From: Octopus sinensis
Lineage: Eukaryota
Direction: 5' to 3'
Length of the DNA stretch: 64,000 bases
Assembly: GCF_006345805.1 (NCBI RefSeq)
Contig: NC_043010.1
Span: 46,376,001-46,440,000, forward strand
Made by a program: the position numbers and the translations under genes. The notes under the pieces are model-generated. The model saw only the letters and a list, made by a program, of their open reading frames with translations. It searched no databases and had not been told where the DNA came from. This document shows, piece by piece, positions 13,418 through 27,134 of this stretch; positions within the stretch are counted from its first letter, which is position 1, and each line of letters opens with the position of its first letter.

Positions 13418-13987
13418 GCGCCTACATTATTATATGTAAAAATATCAAAATAAAATATTGGAAAAATTTGGCATATTTTTAATTCCATGTTACACATGTT
13501 TCATTACAGGATAGGAGTTACAGAGAAAAACTTGTATAGGATCACCTATCCATAATTCTTTAGACAAAGATTCAAAAATAATACAAATTACACTGAATAA
13601 GGCTTGGATTATAACCACTTCTATACACTATGTAAAAATGTCTGTTGTTCTTCGAATGTGTATGGGTGAATTTTTATTATTTACTGCACTTTTTGTTTCA
13701 TATTCTATAAAGAAGACACCATAAAAATAGTGCTTAAGAATTTGATTTTACTTCAATAATAATAAACAGAATTGTCAAAGCATCAATAATAAAATAAGGT
13801 ATTTTGCAGTATTTCTTCCAGTTCTTTACACTCTAAGTTCAAATCCTGCTAAGATCAGCTTTGCCTTTCATCCTTTCAGATTCACTAAAATAAAGCCCCA
13901 ATTAATTACAGAGTTGATGGTATCAACTTACACCACGAAATTGCTGACCTTATGCTTTAATTAGAAACCATTATTATTATTATTATT

Positions 13988-14393
13988 GAGTGAGAGAGCA
14001 GTGCATGCCATCAAAGTGACACTGGGGTAAAATATACGAAGCCCAATATACCCATCATGACTACCCGTCTGATAAAGGTACACCAGGCACATGCATCACA
14101 ACCATATGTGCGCGACATGGTGATCTCATATCAAGATAAACAGCACATGACCTTGCAGGTGGGGCCCAGTTAGAATTTTCTTCAGGTTGAGTAGCCCATC
14201 CCGCTCAAAAGGTCCCTGAATAAGGGTTGTTTAAGGATGTTGAAAGAACCACCCATGTTTCCAGAGGTGAATTATTCAAACCCCAAAGAATCCCTCTCAA
14301 CACATGGCTATGATGCTCTCCCACTACTTCTGCTCGTGATCAGAGATGCACATATCGTCAGCCACTAAGGGACATGCTCAACTGGTTACGGTC
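13988..14393 (-). mobile_element. Unclassified short retroposon with (AAT)n tail, inserted in an (ATT)n tract
   Basis: Relatively GC-rich 406-bp block with retained CpGs, bounded by (ATT)n on both sides; no clear A/B boxes. Confidence 0.5.
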
Positions 14394-14435
14394 TATTATT
14401 ATATTATTATTATTATTATTATTATTAATATTATT

Positions 14436-14640
14436 AAGGCGGTGAGCTGGCAGAATTGTTAGCATGCCAGGCATAATACTTAGCAGCATTTCGTCCATCC
14501 TTACATTCTGAGGTCAACTTTGCATTTCATCCTTTCAGAGTTGATAAATTAAATACCAGTGAAACACTGGAGTCGATGTAATCAACTAGTCCTTCTCCCA
14601 CCAAAATTCAGACCTTGTGCCTTTAGTAGAAAGGATTATT
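14436..14640 (+). mobile_element. SINE family B
   Basis: AAGGCGGTGAGCTGGCAGAA head. Further copies at about 13795, 15126, 16100, 16320, 30905, 44710, 45688, 46945 and 61230. Confidence 0.85.
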
Positions 14641-14727
14641 ATTATTGTTATTATTATTATTGTTGTTGTTGTTCATTTCCATACCAGCATGGATTAAACA
14701 GTTTGACAGGATCTCATGAGCTCCATT

Positions 14728-14881
14728 GAGAAAGAGAGAACGGAAGAAAATATAGAAAGGAAAAAATAAAACTTGAAGAAAGAAACAAAGCAAGGAAGTG
14801 AAAGTGAAAGAAAGAGAGGAGAGAAATCAAAAATGATAAATGGAGAGAGAGAGAGAGGGGGGGAGAGAGGGAGAAAGGGAG
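14728..14881 (+). repeat. Purine-rich segment with a near-identical inverted copy at 18172-18348
   Basis: Sequences align directly; the ORF track gives the same peptide (KKETKQGSESE...) on opposite strands. Confidence 0.9.
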
Positions 14882-16629
14882 CTTTAGCTTTGGCATGGTT
14901 TCTACAATTGAATGCCCTTACTAATGACAACCACTTTACAGTGTGTACTATGTTCTTTTTCTGTGTCACACTAGTAAGGTTGCCAAGTAACTTATGGGAA
15001 CAACAAAATAAGAAAACGTCTGCCTTGTCTAAGTAGTGGGGAAAGTATTTGAGAGGTGGAATAAAAATAATAATATCATTATTATCATTATAATTATCAT
15101 TATTATTATTATTATTATTATTATTAGGTGGCAAGCTGGTAGAATCGTTAGTATGCTGGGCAAAATGCTTAGTGGCATTTCATCAGTCTTTATGTTCTAA
15201 GTTCAAATTCCACCAAGGTCAACTTCACCTTTCATCTTTCAGTGGTCCATAAAACAAGTACCAGTTGAGTACTGGGATCAATGTAATCAACTTACCCCCT
15301 CCCTTGATATTGCTGGCCTTGTGCCAAAATTTGAAATCATCATCATCATCATCATTATTATTATTATTATTATTATTGTCTTTATTATATTCACCTTTGT
15401 TATTATTTTTATGATATTCAACACTGATACTTCTGATAGTAAAATAGGGTGACACTTGTTGAAATTAGAAATCCAAGGAAATTAAGATTTTTTTTATTTT
15501 CCTAACAGTAAATAATTTAATTGCTACTTGATTGTACTTTCGTTATTGGCATGCGACTTGTTTGTTATTTCGAGAACACTGTTGAATTTGTTTGTCCTCT
15601 TATTTATTATTTTACACTGGAAGATATTTCAAGACTCCACTTGACAGCCAACATATTGATAGAATTAATGCAAAGTTTATTAAATAATTATTAAGTCTAA
15701 TCTCATCATCAATGTAAAACCAACTTGCTAACGAGGCTAATTCATTCTAGCTTAATTTTGTGAAACAAAAATTAGAAGTGTATAAAGGAATATTGCAAAC
15801 CTTCTAGTCAGAAATAATGGTAATGGTGATGATTATTGTTATTATTATTATTATTACTACTACTACTACTACTAGTAGTAGTAGTAGTAGAAACAAATTG
15901 CAATGTCACTGGTGCCAAGCTGTATCAGCCTTTGCCTTTCCCTTGAATAACACTGGTAGCATGAAGAGAGAAGATTGATATGCATGGGCAACTGCTGGTC
16001 TTCCATAAGCAACCTTGCCCAGGCTTGCAATCCCATGGTCATTCATGACCAAAGGAGGTCTTTACCTTCTTTTTACTAGCAGTAGTATCAGTAATAATAA
16101 TAATGTTTTCTACTGTCAGCACAAGGCCTAAAATCTTGTTGGAAGGGGGCTAGTTGATTACATGAATTCCACTGCTCAATTGGTACTTATTTTACAGACA
16201 ACCCCAAAGGTAATGAAAGGTAAAGTAAGCCTCAGCGGTGTTTGAACTCATAATGTAAAACCAGAAGAAATGCTGCTATGCTAATGAGTCTGCCAGCTTG
16301 CCATTAATGTTTTTTTTTTTAATATTGGCACAAGACCGATATTTTTGAAGGAAAAAGATTATTTGATGCCATTGGTCCCAGTACTTGACCAGTATTTTAT
16401 TTTATCAATCCCAGAATGATGGAAGGCAAAGTTGACCTTGCCATAATTTGAACTTAGAATGTAAAAGAGTGTGAAGCAATATGACTTGGTATTTTACCCA
16501 ATGTTCTAATAATTTTGCCAATCCACCATCTATAGAGTCTGCCAAAAGAATGTATATACACTTCGGGAAAGGAAGAATCTGTATAAATATTTTAATTCAG
16601 TGTTATTGCGATTTATTCAGTATTATAGC

Positions 16630-16663
<34 letters not shown>

Positions 16664-16665
<2 letters not shown>

Positions 16666-17060
16666 TCTTTTACTCTTTTACTTGTTTCAGTCATTTGACT
16701 GCGGCCATGCTGGAGCACCACCTTTAGTCGAGCAAATCGCCCCCGGGACTTATTCTTTGTAAGCCCAGTACTTATTCTATCGGTCGCTTTTGCCGAGCCG
16801 CTAAGTGACAGGGACGTAGACATACCAGCATCGGTTGTCAAGCAATGCTAGGGGGACAAACACAGACACACAAACATACACACATACATATATACATATA
16901 TACGACAGGCTTCTTTCAGTTTCTGTCTACCAAACCCACTCACAAGGCATTGGTCGGCCCGGGGCTATAGCAGAAGACACTTGCCCAAGATGCCACGCAG
17001 TGGGACTGAACCCGGAACCATGTGGTTGGTAAGCAAGCTACTTACCACACAGCCACTCCT
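16664..17060 (-). mobile_element. SINE family A, full length, followed by an older tandem copy (17110-17558)
   Basis: Complete head, body and tail. Confidence 0.93.
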
Positions 17061-17063
17061 GTG

Positions 17064-17105
<42 letters not shown>

Positions 17106-17310
17106 TATATACTTGTTTCAGTTATTTGATTGTGGCCATGCTGGGGAATAGCTTCAAAGGATTTTAGTTGAACAACTCAACCACAGGACTTAATTTTGTA
17201 AGCCTAGTATTTAATCTATTGGTCTCCTTTTTCCAAACCACTAAGTTATAGGGATGTAAACACACCAACACCGGTTATTAAGCAGTGGTGGGAGACAAAG
17301 TCAGACACAG

Positions 17311-17373
<63 letters not shown>

Positions 17374-17680
17374 CACACGCACACACATATATATACACAG
17401 ATACAACATGCTTCTTTCAGTTTCTGGCTACTAAATCAACTTACAAGGTTGTGATCCACCCAAGGTTACAGTAAAAGACACTTGCCCAAGCTGCCACTCT
17501 GTGGGACTGAACATAGAACTATGTGGTTGGGAAGCAAGCTTCTTGCCACACAGCCACTTATAGACACACACACACACACTGGTAGGTACATACATGTATC
17601 TAGGTGTATGAATGTATGATTACAAAGTTAAAAATCTATATGGCAGCTCTTACATCAACCTACTGATAACCCCACACACA

Positions 17681-17728
<48 letters not shown>

Positions 17729-18454
17729 TTTTCTCTCTGAAAGCATTATTGGTGTTTGTAGATGCAATGAAATGGCCAACACATTTTCACACTTCTGGAT
17801 TAGCTTTACTTAGTTTAATAGTATTACAGTACAGCTTTTAACAACAAACACTTCCTACTACTTGACAAATCCTTTCTACTTATTTGTTTCTGACATTTTT
17901 CTCTTGATTATTTTTGCATTTTTCTCTTTGCCGTTAATTTTTACAATGCCAACATGACTAAGATGATTCCAACAAATTCACACATTTACATATTATTAAA
18001 GCAAGTGTTTTCACAGATCACTGATCTCACTATTTTACTTTGCATTAAGACTGGCACCTACTTTTCAGTTAATTAGCCTAAGGTGATCTTGTTTCAAACC
18101 ATAATTAAGTATTCCTTCACTAGTCCAGCAACATAATGCAACAGTCACTGCATGCGTATATGTGTGTGTGTCTCCCTTTCTCCCTCTCTCTCTCTCCCTT
18201 TCTCCCTCTCTCCCTCTCTCTCTCTCCATTTATCTTTTTTGATTTCTCTCCTCCTTTTCTTTCACTTTCACTTTCACTTCCTTGCTTTGTTTCTTTCTTC
18301 AAGTTTTATTTTTTCCTTTCTATATTTTCTTCCGTTCTCTCTTTCTCTGTAGCATGAGAAGAATGACATTGAAAGAAGAGATCCATTTTAAAAAGTGGGA
18401 ATAAAGACCACACTTATGCACATTGACCGAAGGCCTATTCATATGTGATGATGC

Positions 18455-18740
18455 ATAGCTTATGGTTAGGGTAAACATTAAGGTTATGAGTTCAATTCCC
18501 AGTAGTACGTTGTGTCCTTAAGCAAGACACTTTACTTCACATTGTTTCAGTCTACTCAACTGGCAAAAATAAAAAGTACCTGTATAGTTCAAAGGGCCAG
18601 CCTTGTCACATTCTGTGTCACACTGAATCTCCCTGAGAACTACATTAAGGGTATACATGTCTGTAAAGTGATCAGCCACTTGCACATTAGTTTCTGTTGA
18701 TTGGATCAACTGGAACCCTCATTGTCATAACTGATGGAGT
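18455..18740 (+). mobile_element. SINE family C, decayed
   Basis: GCATAGCTTATGGTTAGGG...GTTCAATTCCC...CCTTAAGCAAGACACTTTAC; similar copies at about 22145 and 62065. Confidence 0.65.
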
Positions 18741-19455
18741 ACCATTTTTTTTTATTTAACAATCTTGCTTGGGCCCATGGAACCTAGGTCTTGCAAGCTT
18801 ATATAATTTGTATACTCTCTACTCTGTAAGATAGAAATACTTATACGTTGCCTGCTCTTTTATATGAGGCTACTTGACCTGCTAGAATTAGCAGCCATAT
18901 CTCCTTCATATCACATCCTATTCTTAAACAATAAAGGCTACACTCCATCTATGCCCAACCTAAACATTTGAATTGTAAATCTTTGAAACTCACTCTCTCC
19001 ACATATTTTCTCACAGGCATTAATCTACAAAAGTTCAAGATGAATATCACCCACCAGCTTCATCAGTGTGGTCGAATCTGCAAATGTCATGGACTTTATT
19101 CCTCCTCCTCCTCCTCCAGCTAAATAATAATTTTAAAAAGATTGATGGGAAAATTCATTGATCTGTGAAAACTTCTTTTCCAATAAACATAGACATGGCA
19201 ATGTGGTTAGGAAGTTCATTTCGCAACCACATATTATTGGGTTCAATACCACTACTTGGCATCTTGAGCAATTGTCTTCTACTATAGCCCCAAGTAAATC
19301 TGAATCAATGTGTTGTGAATGAAATTGACTGGTGGAAATTGTAGTGTGTGTATGCGTGTATCTGCATGTCTTTCTCTATGCGTCCTTATATTGACATCAC
19401 TTGAAAAGCATTATTCTGTAACTTAATATTTTGGCAAATAATATTTAATATATAG

Positions 19456-19867
19456 AGGAGTGGCTGTGTGGTAAGTAGCTTGCTAACCAACCACATGGTT
19501 CCGGGTTCAGTCCCACTGCGTGGCATCTTGGGCAAGTGTCTTCTGCTATAGCCCCAGGCCGACCAATGCCTTGTGAGTGGATTTGGTAGACGGAAACTGA
19601 AAGAAGCCTGTCGTATATATGTATATATATATAAGTGTGTGTGTATATGTTTGTGTGTCTGTGTTTGTCCCCCTAGCATTGCTTGACAACCGATGCTGGT
19701 GTGTTTACATGCCCGTCACTTAGCGGTTCGGCAAAAGAGACCGATAGAATAAGTACTGGGCTTACAAAGAATAAGTCCCGGGGTCGATTTGCTCGACTAA
19801 AGGTGGTGCTCCAGCATGGCCGCAGTCAAATGACTGAAACAAGTAAAAGAGTAAAAAGAGTAAAGAG
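19456..19867 (+). mobile_element. SINE family A, full length
   Basis: Complete; very similar in inverted orientation to the 16664 and 13044 copies. Confidence 0.93.
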
Positions 19868-20565
19868 TACTGGAATTGATATGATTGACTAAAAATACTT
19901 GGTTCTCCAGCATGGTCACACTCCAATGGCTGAAGCAAGTAAAGGAATAAAACAATAATAATTTATCTAAAATCTGACTTAGCTAAACTACCAATTCTAT
20001 GTTATACTAACAAATATACTTAAGTCTTTTTGTTTTATTATGTACATAGGCATGGCTGTGTGGTAAGAAGCTTGCTTCCCAGCCACATGGTTCCGAGTTC
20101 AGTCCCACTTCATGGCACCTTGAGCAAGTATTTTCTACTATAGCCTTGGGCTGACCAACTGAGAATATCAATGACAAACAATTCTTCTTGACATTAGATC
20201 AACGGATCTCAATCTTTTTTACTTCATGGCACTTCAGAGATTAACTAAAATTTGCTGAGGCAGCTTCACATTGCATGTTTAAAAATGAATAGAACTTTGC
20301 AAGTTAAAAATTTAGAGTAGGATATATAAAATGTTTGCTTTCTTTTCTGGAGCCTTAAATTTTATATTAAAATATCCATGGTACATCCAGACATGTCTTG
20401 AGACACATTAGTGTGGTGTTGTGCACAGTTTGATAACCACTGTATTGGATGTTTTCACGTAACAGACTTTTCCAAAAGTCTGCAATTATATCTGTTGACT
20501 AGAAACGGTAATAGTATTATATACATGCTGGTTTCATTGATTAAAATGGTAGATTTATAAATTTA

Positions 20566-20942
20566 CTAGCAGTATCGCCCGGCGTTGCTCAGGTTTGTAA
20601 GGGAAATAACTATAAAGCATTTTTAGAGAGTTATAGCCAAAAAATAGCAAAAAAATGGGGAAAAAATGATGGTAAATTTTTTTTTGAGAGTTAAAAAGGT
20701 CGAGTTGTGTCCCCTAGACAGTCTGTGGTTTGTGTTTCTGATTCTCAACCCCATGTCGAATTTATCGATTTTTTCCAGAACTGGGGGAACTTTTCAAAAT
20801 TATCGCTGCGTTAGTTTTGAATTATGACATTGGGCTATGTGTGTGTCAAGTTTCATCAGAATCGGTTGAAAGCCGTGGTCAGGGTGAGGGTACAACCTAA
20901 CAGACACACAGACAGACAAACTGCCATTTATATAGAGAGAGA
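20566..20942 (-). mobile_element. Non-autonomous Helitron, subfamily 2
   Basis: Same 3' terminus (plus strand A|CTAGCAGTATCGCCCGGCGTTGCTC) and a 5' TC end (...ATAGAGAGAGA|T), with a different interior. Confidence 0.8.
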
Positions 20943-20959
20943 TTTATGGGTATGTGGAT

Positions 20960-21357
20960 ATTTTGAAAATACCTCATGGAACAACAACCATGCCTTGCAT
21001 AGTTACAGGTTGCCCTTTGACAAGGTGTAGCACCTGCTCAACCATCCTACCAGGGGTATGGTGAGGTCATGAGATTGCTGCATAACAGATTGTAAAGAGG
21101 AAGTACCATTGGCTCAACTGAGCCAATGGTACTTCTAACATTGATGTTGAGCAGAGGAATCTTAGAAGCTCAACAGTCAGGTTCACTAAGCTCTATCAAG
21201 AGAGTAGCTGCAACGTATCCATAGGAGTAGTGGCCATGGTTGTGTAATTAGCTCATGAAAGATTCACTATGACTCAAGTTCCCTTTTCAAATTCATAATA
21301 ATGGAATTTGATGGCAACAGAGAGTCACGGGAATCCATGCAGGCAGCATGACTGAAT

Positions 21358-21362
<5 letters not shown>
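20960..21362 (+). mobile_element. RTE-like LINE 3' end, decayed
   Basis: Aligns inverted to 43125-43620; ends in ...GACTGAATGATGATGAT running into (AAT)n. Confidence 0.65.
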
Positions 21363-21675
<313 letters not shown>

Positions 21676-22876
21676 TATAAATTTTTGACAAAACACATAG
21701 CAAATAAATTTGATGATGTATTTCCACTCTGTTCTTTAGTTGTTTAACTTTTGTTACCATACATCTGTTGAAATTTGCCTCCTTTGTTTCATCTGATTTT
21801 GAAAATAATGAAGAATTTAGCAAAATAGCTTTGTCATTATTAAGCTGGTGTTCGAAAAATAAATTATCATGAAATTTTGATGAAAGGTTTTAATTTAGAT
21901 CGCTTTAAAACTGGAAGTTTGTCTCATAAAACCAGGGGTGGTCTCAGATGGATTGGTATCAAAATGGTTAAATGGAATATTCAAACAGATTTAAGGCATT
22001 AAATTTAGATCCTTGTAGTGTCTGTCCTGATAAGAGATGAAAGGTATTTCATCCATGACCATCTTGTTTTGATTATCAGGAACCACATAGTCCAATTAAG
22101 TTAGATGCAAAGATTGTCTTTCGGTGAAGACATATGTCTAATTTGAAGGCATGTAGCCTAGTGGTTAGGCTATTGCACTTACAATCACTACATCATGGGT
22201 TCAATTCCCTGACTAGGTGGTGCATTGTATTCTTGAGCAAAACACTTCATTTCACATTGCTCCAGTCCCCCTTCAATCAAGGGGGATTGTTGGCCTGTTC
22301 ACCTAGCCAGCAGTGTGACATCATTTGAAGACTAAAGCAATGCAAAAGCACATTGTGACCAGCGATGTGTAATATCTGATAGCCTGGTCAGTCACCTGAT
22401 CACATGATATGGTCCAATGTAACTTTACTAAAGACTCTGAGTTGTAAGTTGTCAATCTTTTTTTGCTGTTATTTCTAGCAACTTCAGTGACTGCATAGAG
22501 GCTTTTTGTTCACTAAAATTATTGAAGCTACAGTGTTATTTTTAAAATATAAAGTAGACTATAAGCGAGATATCTAACATGTTCTATAGATTTGAACAAC
22601 ATATTTGATATTTCCTACCTGTATATCACCTGCTTTCTTATTGCTATCTTACTGGTATGATGCAGAGGAAATGTATTACTATTCAAGAAAATAGCTGTTG
22701 CTTCAACTTTCAACTTTAGATAGCCTGGTTATTGCTTTGCAACAGTACTGCTATCATAAATTTAGATAAATGCCTTACTTCCATACATGGAAAGGAAGTC
22801 TTTTGAAGTGGAAGAAGAGGAAATTCTTTATGTCTAACAAATATACTTAAGTCTTTTTGTTTTATTATGTACATAG

Positions 22877-23166
22877 ACGTGGCTGTGTGGTAAGAAGCTT
22901 GCTTCACAACCACATGGTTCCAGGTTCAGTCCCATTCATGGCACCTTGAGCAAGCATTTTCTACTATAGCCTTAGGCTGACCAAGACCTTGTGAGTGGAT
23001 TTGATAGACGGAAACTGAAAGAAGCCCATCATATAGATATGTGTGTGTGTGTCTTTGTGTCTATGTTTGTTCCTCCACCATTGCTTGACAATTGATAATG
23101 GTGTGTTTATGTCCCCATAACTTAGTGGTTCAGCAAAAGAGACTGATAGAATAAGTATTAGGCTTA
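22877..23166 (+). mobile_element. SINE family A, 3'-truncated
   Basis: Head and body match family A; the head and 43-bp flank are duplicated at 20007-20158. Confidence 0.85.
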
Positions 23167-24534
23167 CTAATGTTTTTTTCAGTCATTAATGTTGTAAATA
23201 GCCAGCAGTCTGAAATAATAACATGCATATCACCTTCAAGTACACTTGCTGTTCTTGTATCTACCCAACTCATCAACTCTACTTATCAACTTTGTGTGGT
23301 CTCACAACTCAACCTTTTATTCGAAATACTTTGCAGCCCTTTGAAGCTTGTTCTCTGATCATCAACTCAAACCATCTGGGATGGTTTGCAAGGAACATTG
23401 GTCCCCATTCTTTCTTTTGCCTCACAGTCTCTGTTCCTTTGTCTAGAAAAATTATTGCACTTTTGCATATGTGCCATCTGTCAGTGGTTTATATATTCTC
23501 CAAGATTTGCATTGTATTTCCATTTTAATGCAACTTTTTATTCCAAGAATAGAACCATAAAATTGTATTTGTTTTATAAATGGGATTAATACTTTTATAA
23601 AAGTATATATTTTTTCTCTATGTAAAATGAATTGACACTCAACATCTCATTTTAAGCCTGTCTCTTCCAATTATATTCATTAATGATAATGATAAGAAGG
23701 CTTCTTACTTTCAAGAAGCTTTGTCTCTGTTCATTTCCATAATGACTAATATTCTCTGAATGCCACTCTCTAATCAAGTAGATATTTGCTTCCTTTTTAA
23801 ATCATTTACATTCATAAAGATCTACTTGAGAAATTATGCTCAAAATCAATAAAGGTGACTTTTGACTTCCACTTTATTATTCCAAATAGAATTGTTTGAA
23901 AGCTCTTTACTTCAGTGGTTCCTGTCTAATGACCAAAACCCATCTCTGTAGTCATAAAGTGATTATATATGTCTACTTAGTTACCATTGATTCCATTGGG
24001 CTTAATTTAAACTACAGTTATCCAGAAGAAAACCTTTGATTCTCCCTTCTCTTCAATCCACTATTCAAGAACTTAATCTGTAACTTTAGCCTGTTATGAT
24101 AGAGCTCACCCCTTTAGCATTTAAACTGGCCATATCCAGTCTAAATATTCTACCTGTTCTATGATGTTCAAACTGGCCAGATCTGGGCTCCTTTACCTAC
24201 CTTTCAATGTCATTCTAAAAAGATGCAGTCACATCATTGAAATCTCATAGCTGCAAGATAATGTATGATTAATTCAAAACAATGTTAATAAATAAGCACC
24301 ACATTTCACAGAATAATCTGAATGCTAAATGGTTAAAGCTGAAAATATTCTGATCCATTATATTTATTATCAAGGTTGTATATAATTACACATTATTCTC
24401 TCATGCCTATGTTATAAATAAATAAATAAAATTAATCTTTATTTTTCTCCAGTAATCTAAATTCTTATGTATACTATTCCTCTCCATCATTATTTTTTCA
24501 TATTTATTAAATGCATTTTTATTTTATTTTTCAG

Positions 24535-24567
24535 GTAAGTGATAATATTTAAATTGGAAATGCACAG
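24535..24567 (+). other. Juxtaposed 3'/5' splice site (TTTTCAG|GTAAGT) with a 33-nt cryptic exon
   Basis: T-rich tract at 24515-24531, AG at 24533-34, GTAAGT at 24535, second donor CAG|GTAAAG at 24568; stop codons in all three frames. Confidence 0.4.
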
Positions 24568-24929
24568 GTAAAGTAATTTACATTAAACACTCACAATTTC
24601 AGTGAAATTTGTCTTTAGATGTCTCATCTAATGATCACATTATGTATTCCGTTTCAATTTTTATGAAAGAATAGATTGTAAAACATAAATTTACATTATG
24701 TTTGACATATATGTTTAAAATGAATTTTTAATGAAAAAAAAAGTATCAATAAACAAAAATGTTCTCATTATGGATCAGACAAAAATTTGGGGTGGGGGGA
24801 TTGTTTTTTTTTTATAACTTTTTTGTTTTTAATAACTCACTGAAAGGAAAAGTATTTGGCAGACCAAAAAATTGTTTATTTAAATTTCATTCTTTCTCAC
24901 TTTTCCTTTGACACACATACACATATTCA

Positions 24930-24965
<36 letters not shown>

Positions 24966-25150
24966 ATATGTAGCTTATAGAAACAAAGATGGTAATCAAT
25001 ACTAGGTTGGCAGAACATGTCTATATATTTGAATTAGGAAATTCGAAATTCAGCATGTTGTAATCACCATTCCAAGCTTCTTGCCAAAAGCAGTGTTTTT
25101 GGTGATATGTTGAATTTATCAAAATGTATGTATGTCTAAACCCACATGTA

Positions 25151-25209
<59 letters not shown>

Positions 25210-25687
25210 ATGAACTCATGTCAATAATGATTTTTTTTTTTTTTACTATTTTAAAAGCAAAATACTTTCTAAGTCTTAAAAGACAATTTTACAATTGATG
25301 CTCTTATCTCAGCAATTTCTTAAGAGGTTAGTAATAGATTAAACAAGCATGGTAAGGACATCTCAAAATGCTCACAAATGGAATAATATGAAAAGAACGA
25401 AGAAATAAGACAGATCTGAAAACAGATAAAGCTGTTGACATTGTTAAGTTTATAAAATTGTTGAATAGTAGTTTGTTGGGTTAGACACACCCAGGAGATG
25501 AGTCACAAGAGCCAGTTAACTCTGTAGCATTTAATTTGGTCATATCTAGCCCACATATTCAACATGCTGTATGTTAAAACTGACCAGATCCAACCTCTCT
25601 CACCTACCCTACAATGTCATTCTAAAAATGTACAGACACACCATTGAAATCTTGAAGCTACAAGATAATTTGTGATTAACTGAAAAC

Positions 25688-26058
25688 ATCATCATCATCA
25701 TCATCATCGTTTAACATCCGCTTTCCATGCTAGCATGGGTTGGACAATTTGACTGAGGGCTGGCGAACCAGATGGCTGCACCAGGCTCCAACCTTGAGCT
25801 GGCAGAGTTTCTACAGTTGGATGCCCTTCTTAACGCCAACCACTCCAAGAGTGTAGTGGGTGCTTTTACGTGCCACTGGCACGGAGGCCAGTCAGGCGGT
25901 ACTGGCAATGACCTCGCTTGAATGTTTTTACACATGCCACCTGCACAAGTGCCAGTAAGGCAACGCTGGTAGCGATCATGCTCGAATTGTGCCTTTTACA
26001 TGCCACTGGCAGAGAAGCCAATTAGCCGCTCTGGCAACGATCACGCTCGGATGGTGCT
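25688..26058 (-). mobile_element. Retroposon family D nested inside a piggyBac-like MITE
   Basis: The MITE halves at 25517-25687 and 26059-26110 are collinear with the intact copy at 24105-24335. Confidence 0.8.
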
Positions 26059-27100
26059 CAAATATATAAGTAATACATTTGACAAAGAAATCTGTATGCT
26101 AAAGAGTTAATGTAGCTAACCAACTGGAATCTCTGAAAGAACTGCAAAAGGAATTTGATAGAGATTTCGCAAAACTTTTGTATTGAGCCCTCAAAGCCAA
26201 AAGTTATAGAGCAATAATAAGTAGAGCACTAAAGGAGAAAATTTTTATCTAATGGTGTGAGAACAACAGCTGATTTCATTGATATTGTAACAGAACAAGA
26301 TGTCTAGTAAAAAGAAGGCAAAGAAGGTGGGGGAGCCAGTAAAAGAGGAAAGGTGAGAGGATGGTAGTTTGTGAGAGAGAGAATCAGAGATAAGGAACTA
26401 AATGAAAGAAATAAAAAGTTGCTCTTGAGGCAATGATATAATCAGTATTAGTAGGATCTGTATCTTTTAACCCCAGTTAAAAGTTCAAAATTTATAGGAT
26501 TCAAAAGAAAGAGAAATTGAATCCCATGTATTTATTTACTTTTGTATATTTCATCTTCTTTTATGGTACATGTGAGCCAGGTTTCCAGAATGATGCTAAC
26601 TTATGACTTGCGGTTTCCCCGCTCTCCCACTAACCAATCTATTTACTTCTAATGGGGTAACTCATTAGCTGATTTACAATATTTTAGTTTGTTTTCATAT
26701 GTAACCAACGCACACACATACATAACTTGGGAGCTCTGAATTTTGGACTGTCCAATGATGGTTCCGTAACCAAAACTTGTAGTCACTATCAACCATTGCA
26801 TAAAAAAAAAAAAAAAACACAATCTGAAAAATATTGGGCAATCCTTCACATCAAATGCTTGATTGTTTTAACACTTAATTATATATACATAAACAAACAT
26901 TAATACAAACACAGAGGGAGAAACAAAGAAAGAATTTATAACATCAAAGATTAAAATTTTAAAGGTAAACTACATAAAACATCTAACACAAACCAAGACA
27001 AGATCAAAAAGAGGAGGTCCTCTCACAGGAGTTGAATTTTGTATGTCACACAAGTTAATGAGAAAGAAAAGATAGTCAAAGACTATATAATACATATTGT

Positions 27101-27134
<34 letters not shown>

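Noticed and set aside
26722-26785. TTSFGYG resembling a potassium-channel selectivity filter
   Set aside because: It deviates from TxGYG, there is no pore helix or other channel exon, and another frame is equally open.
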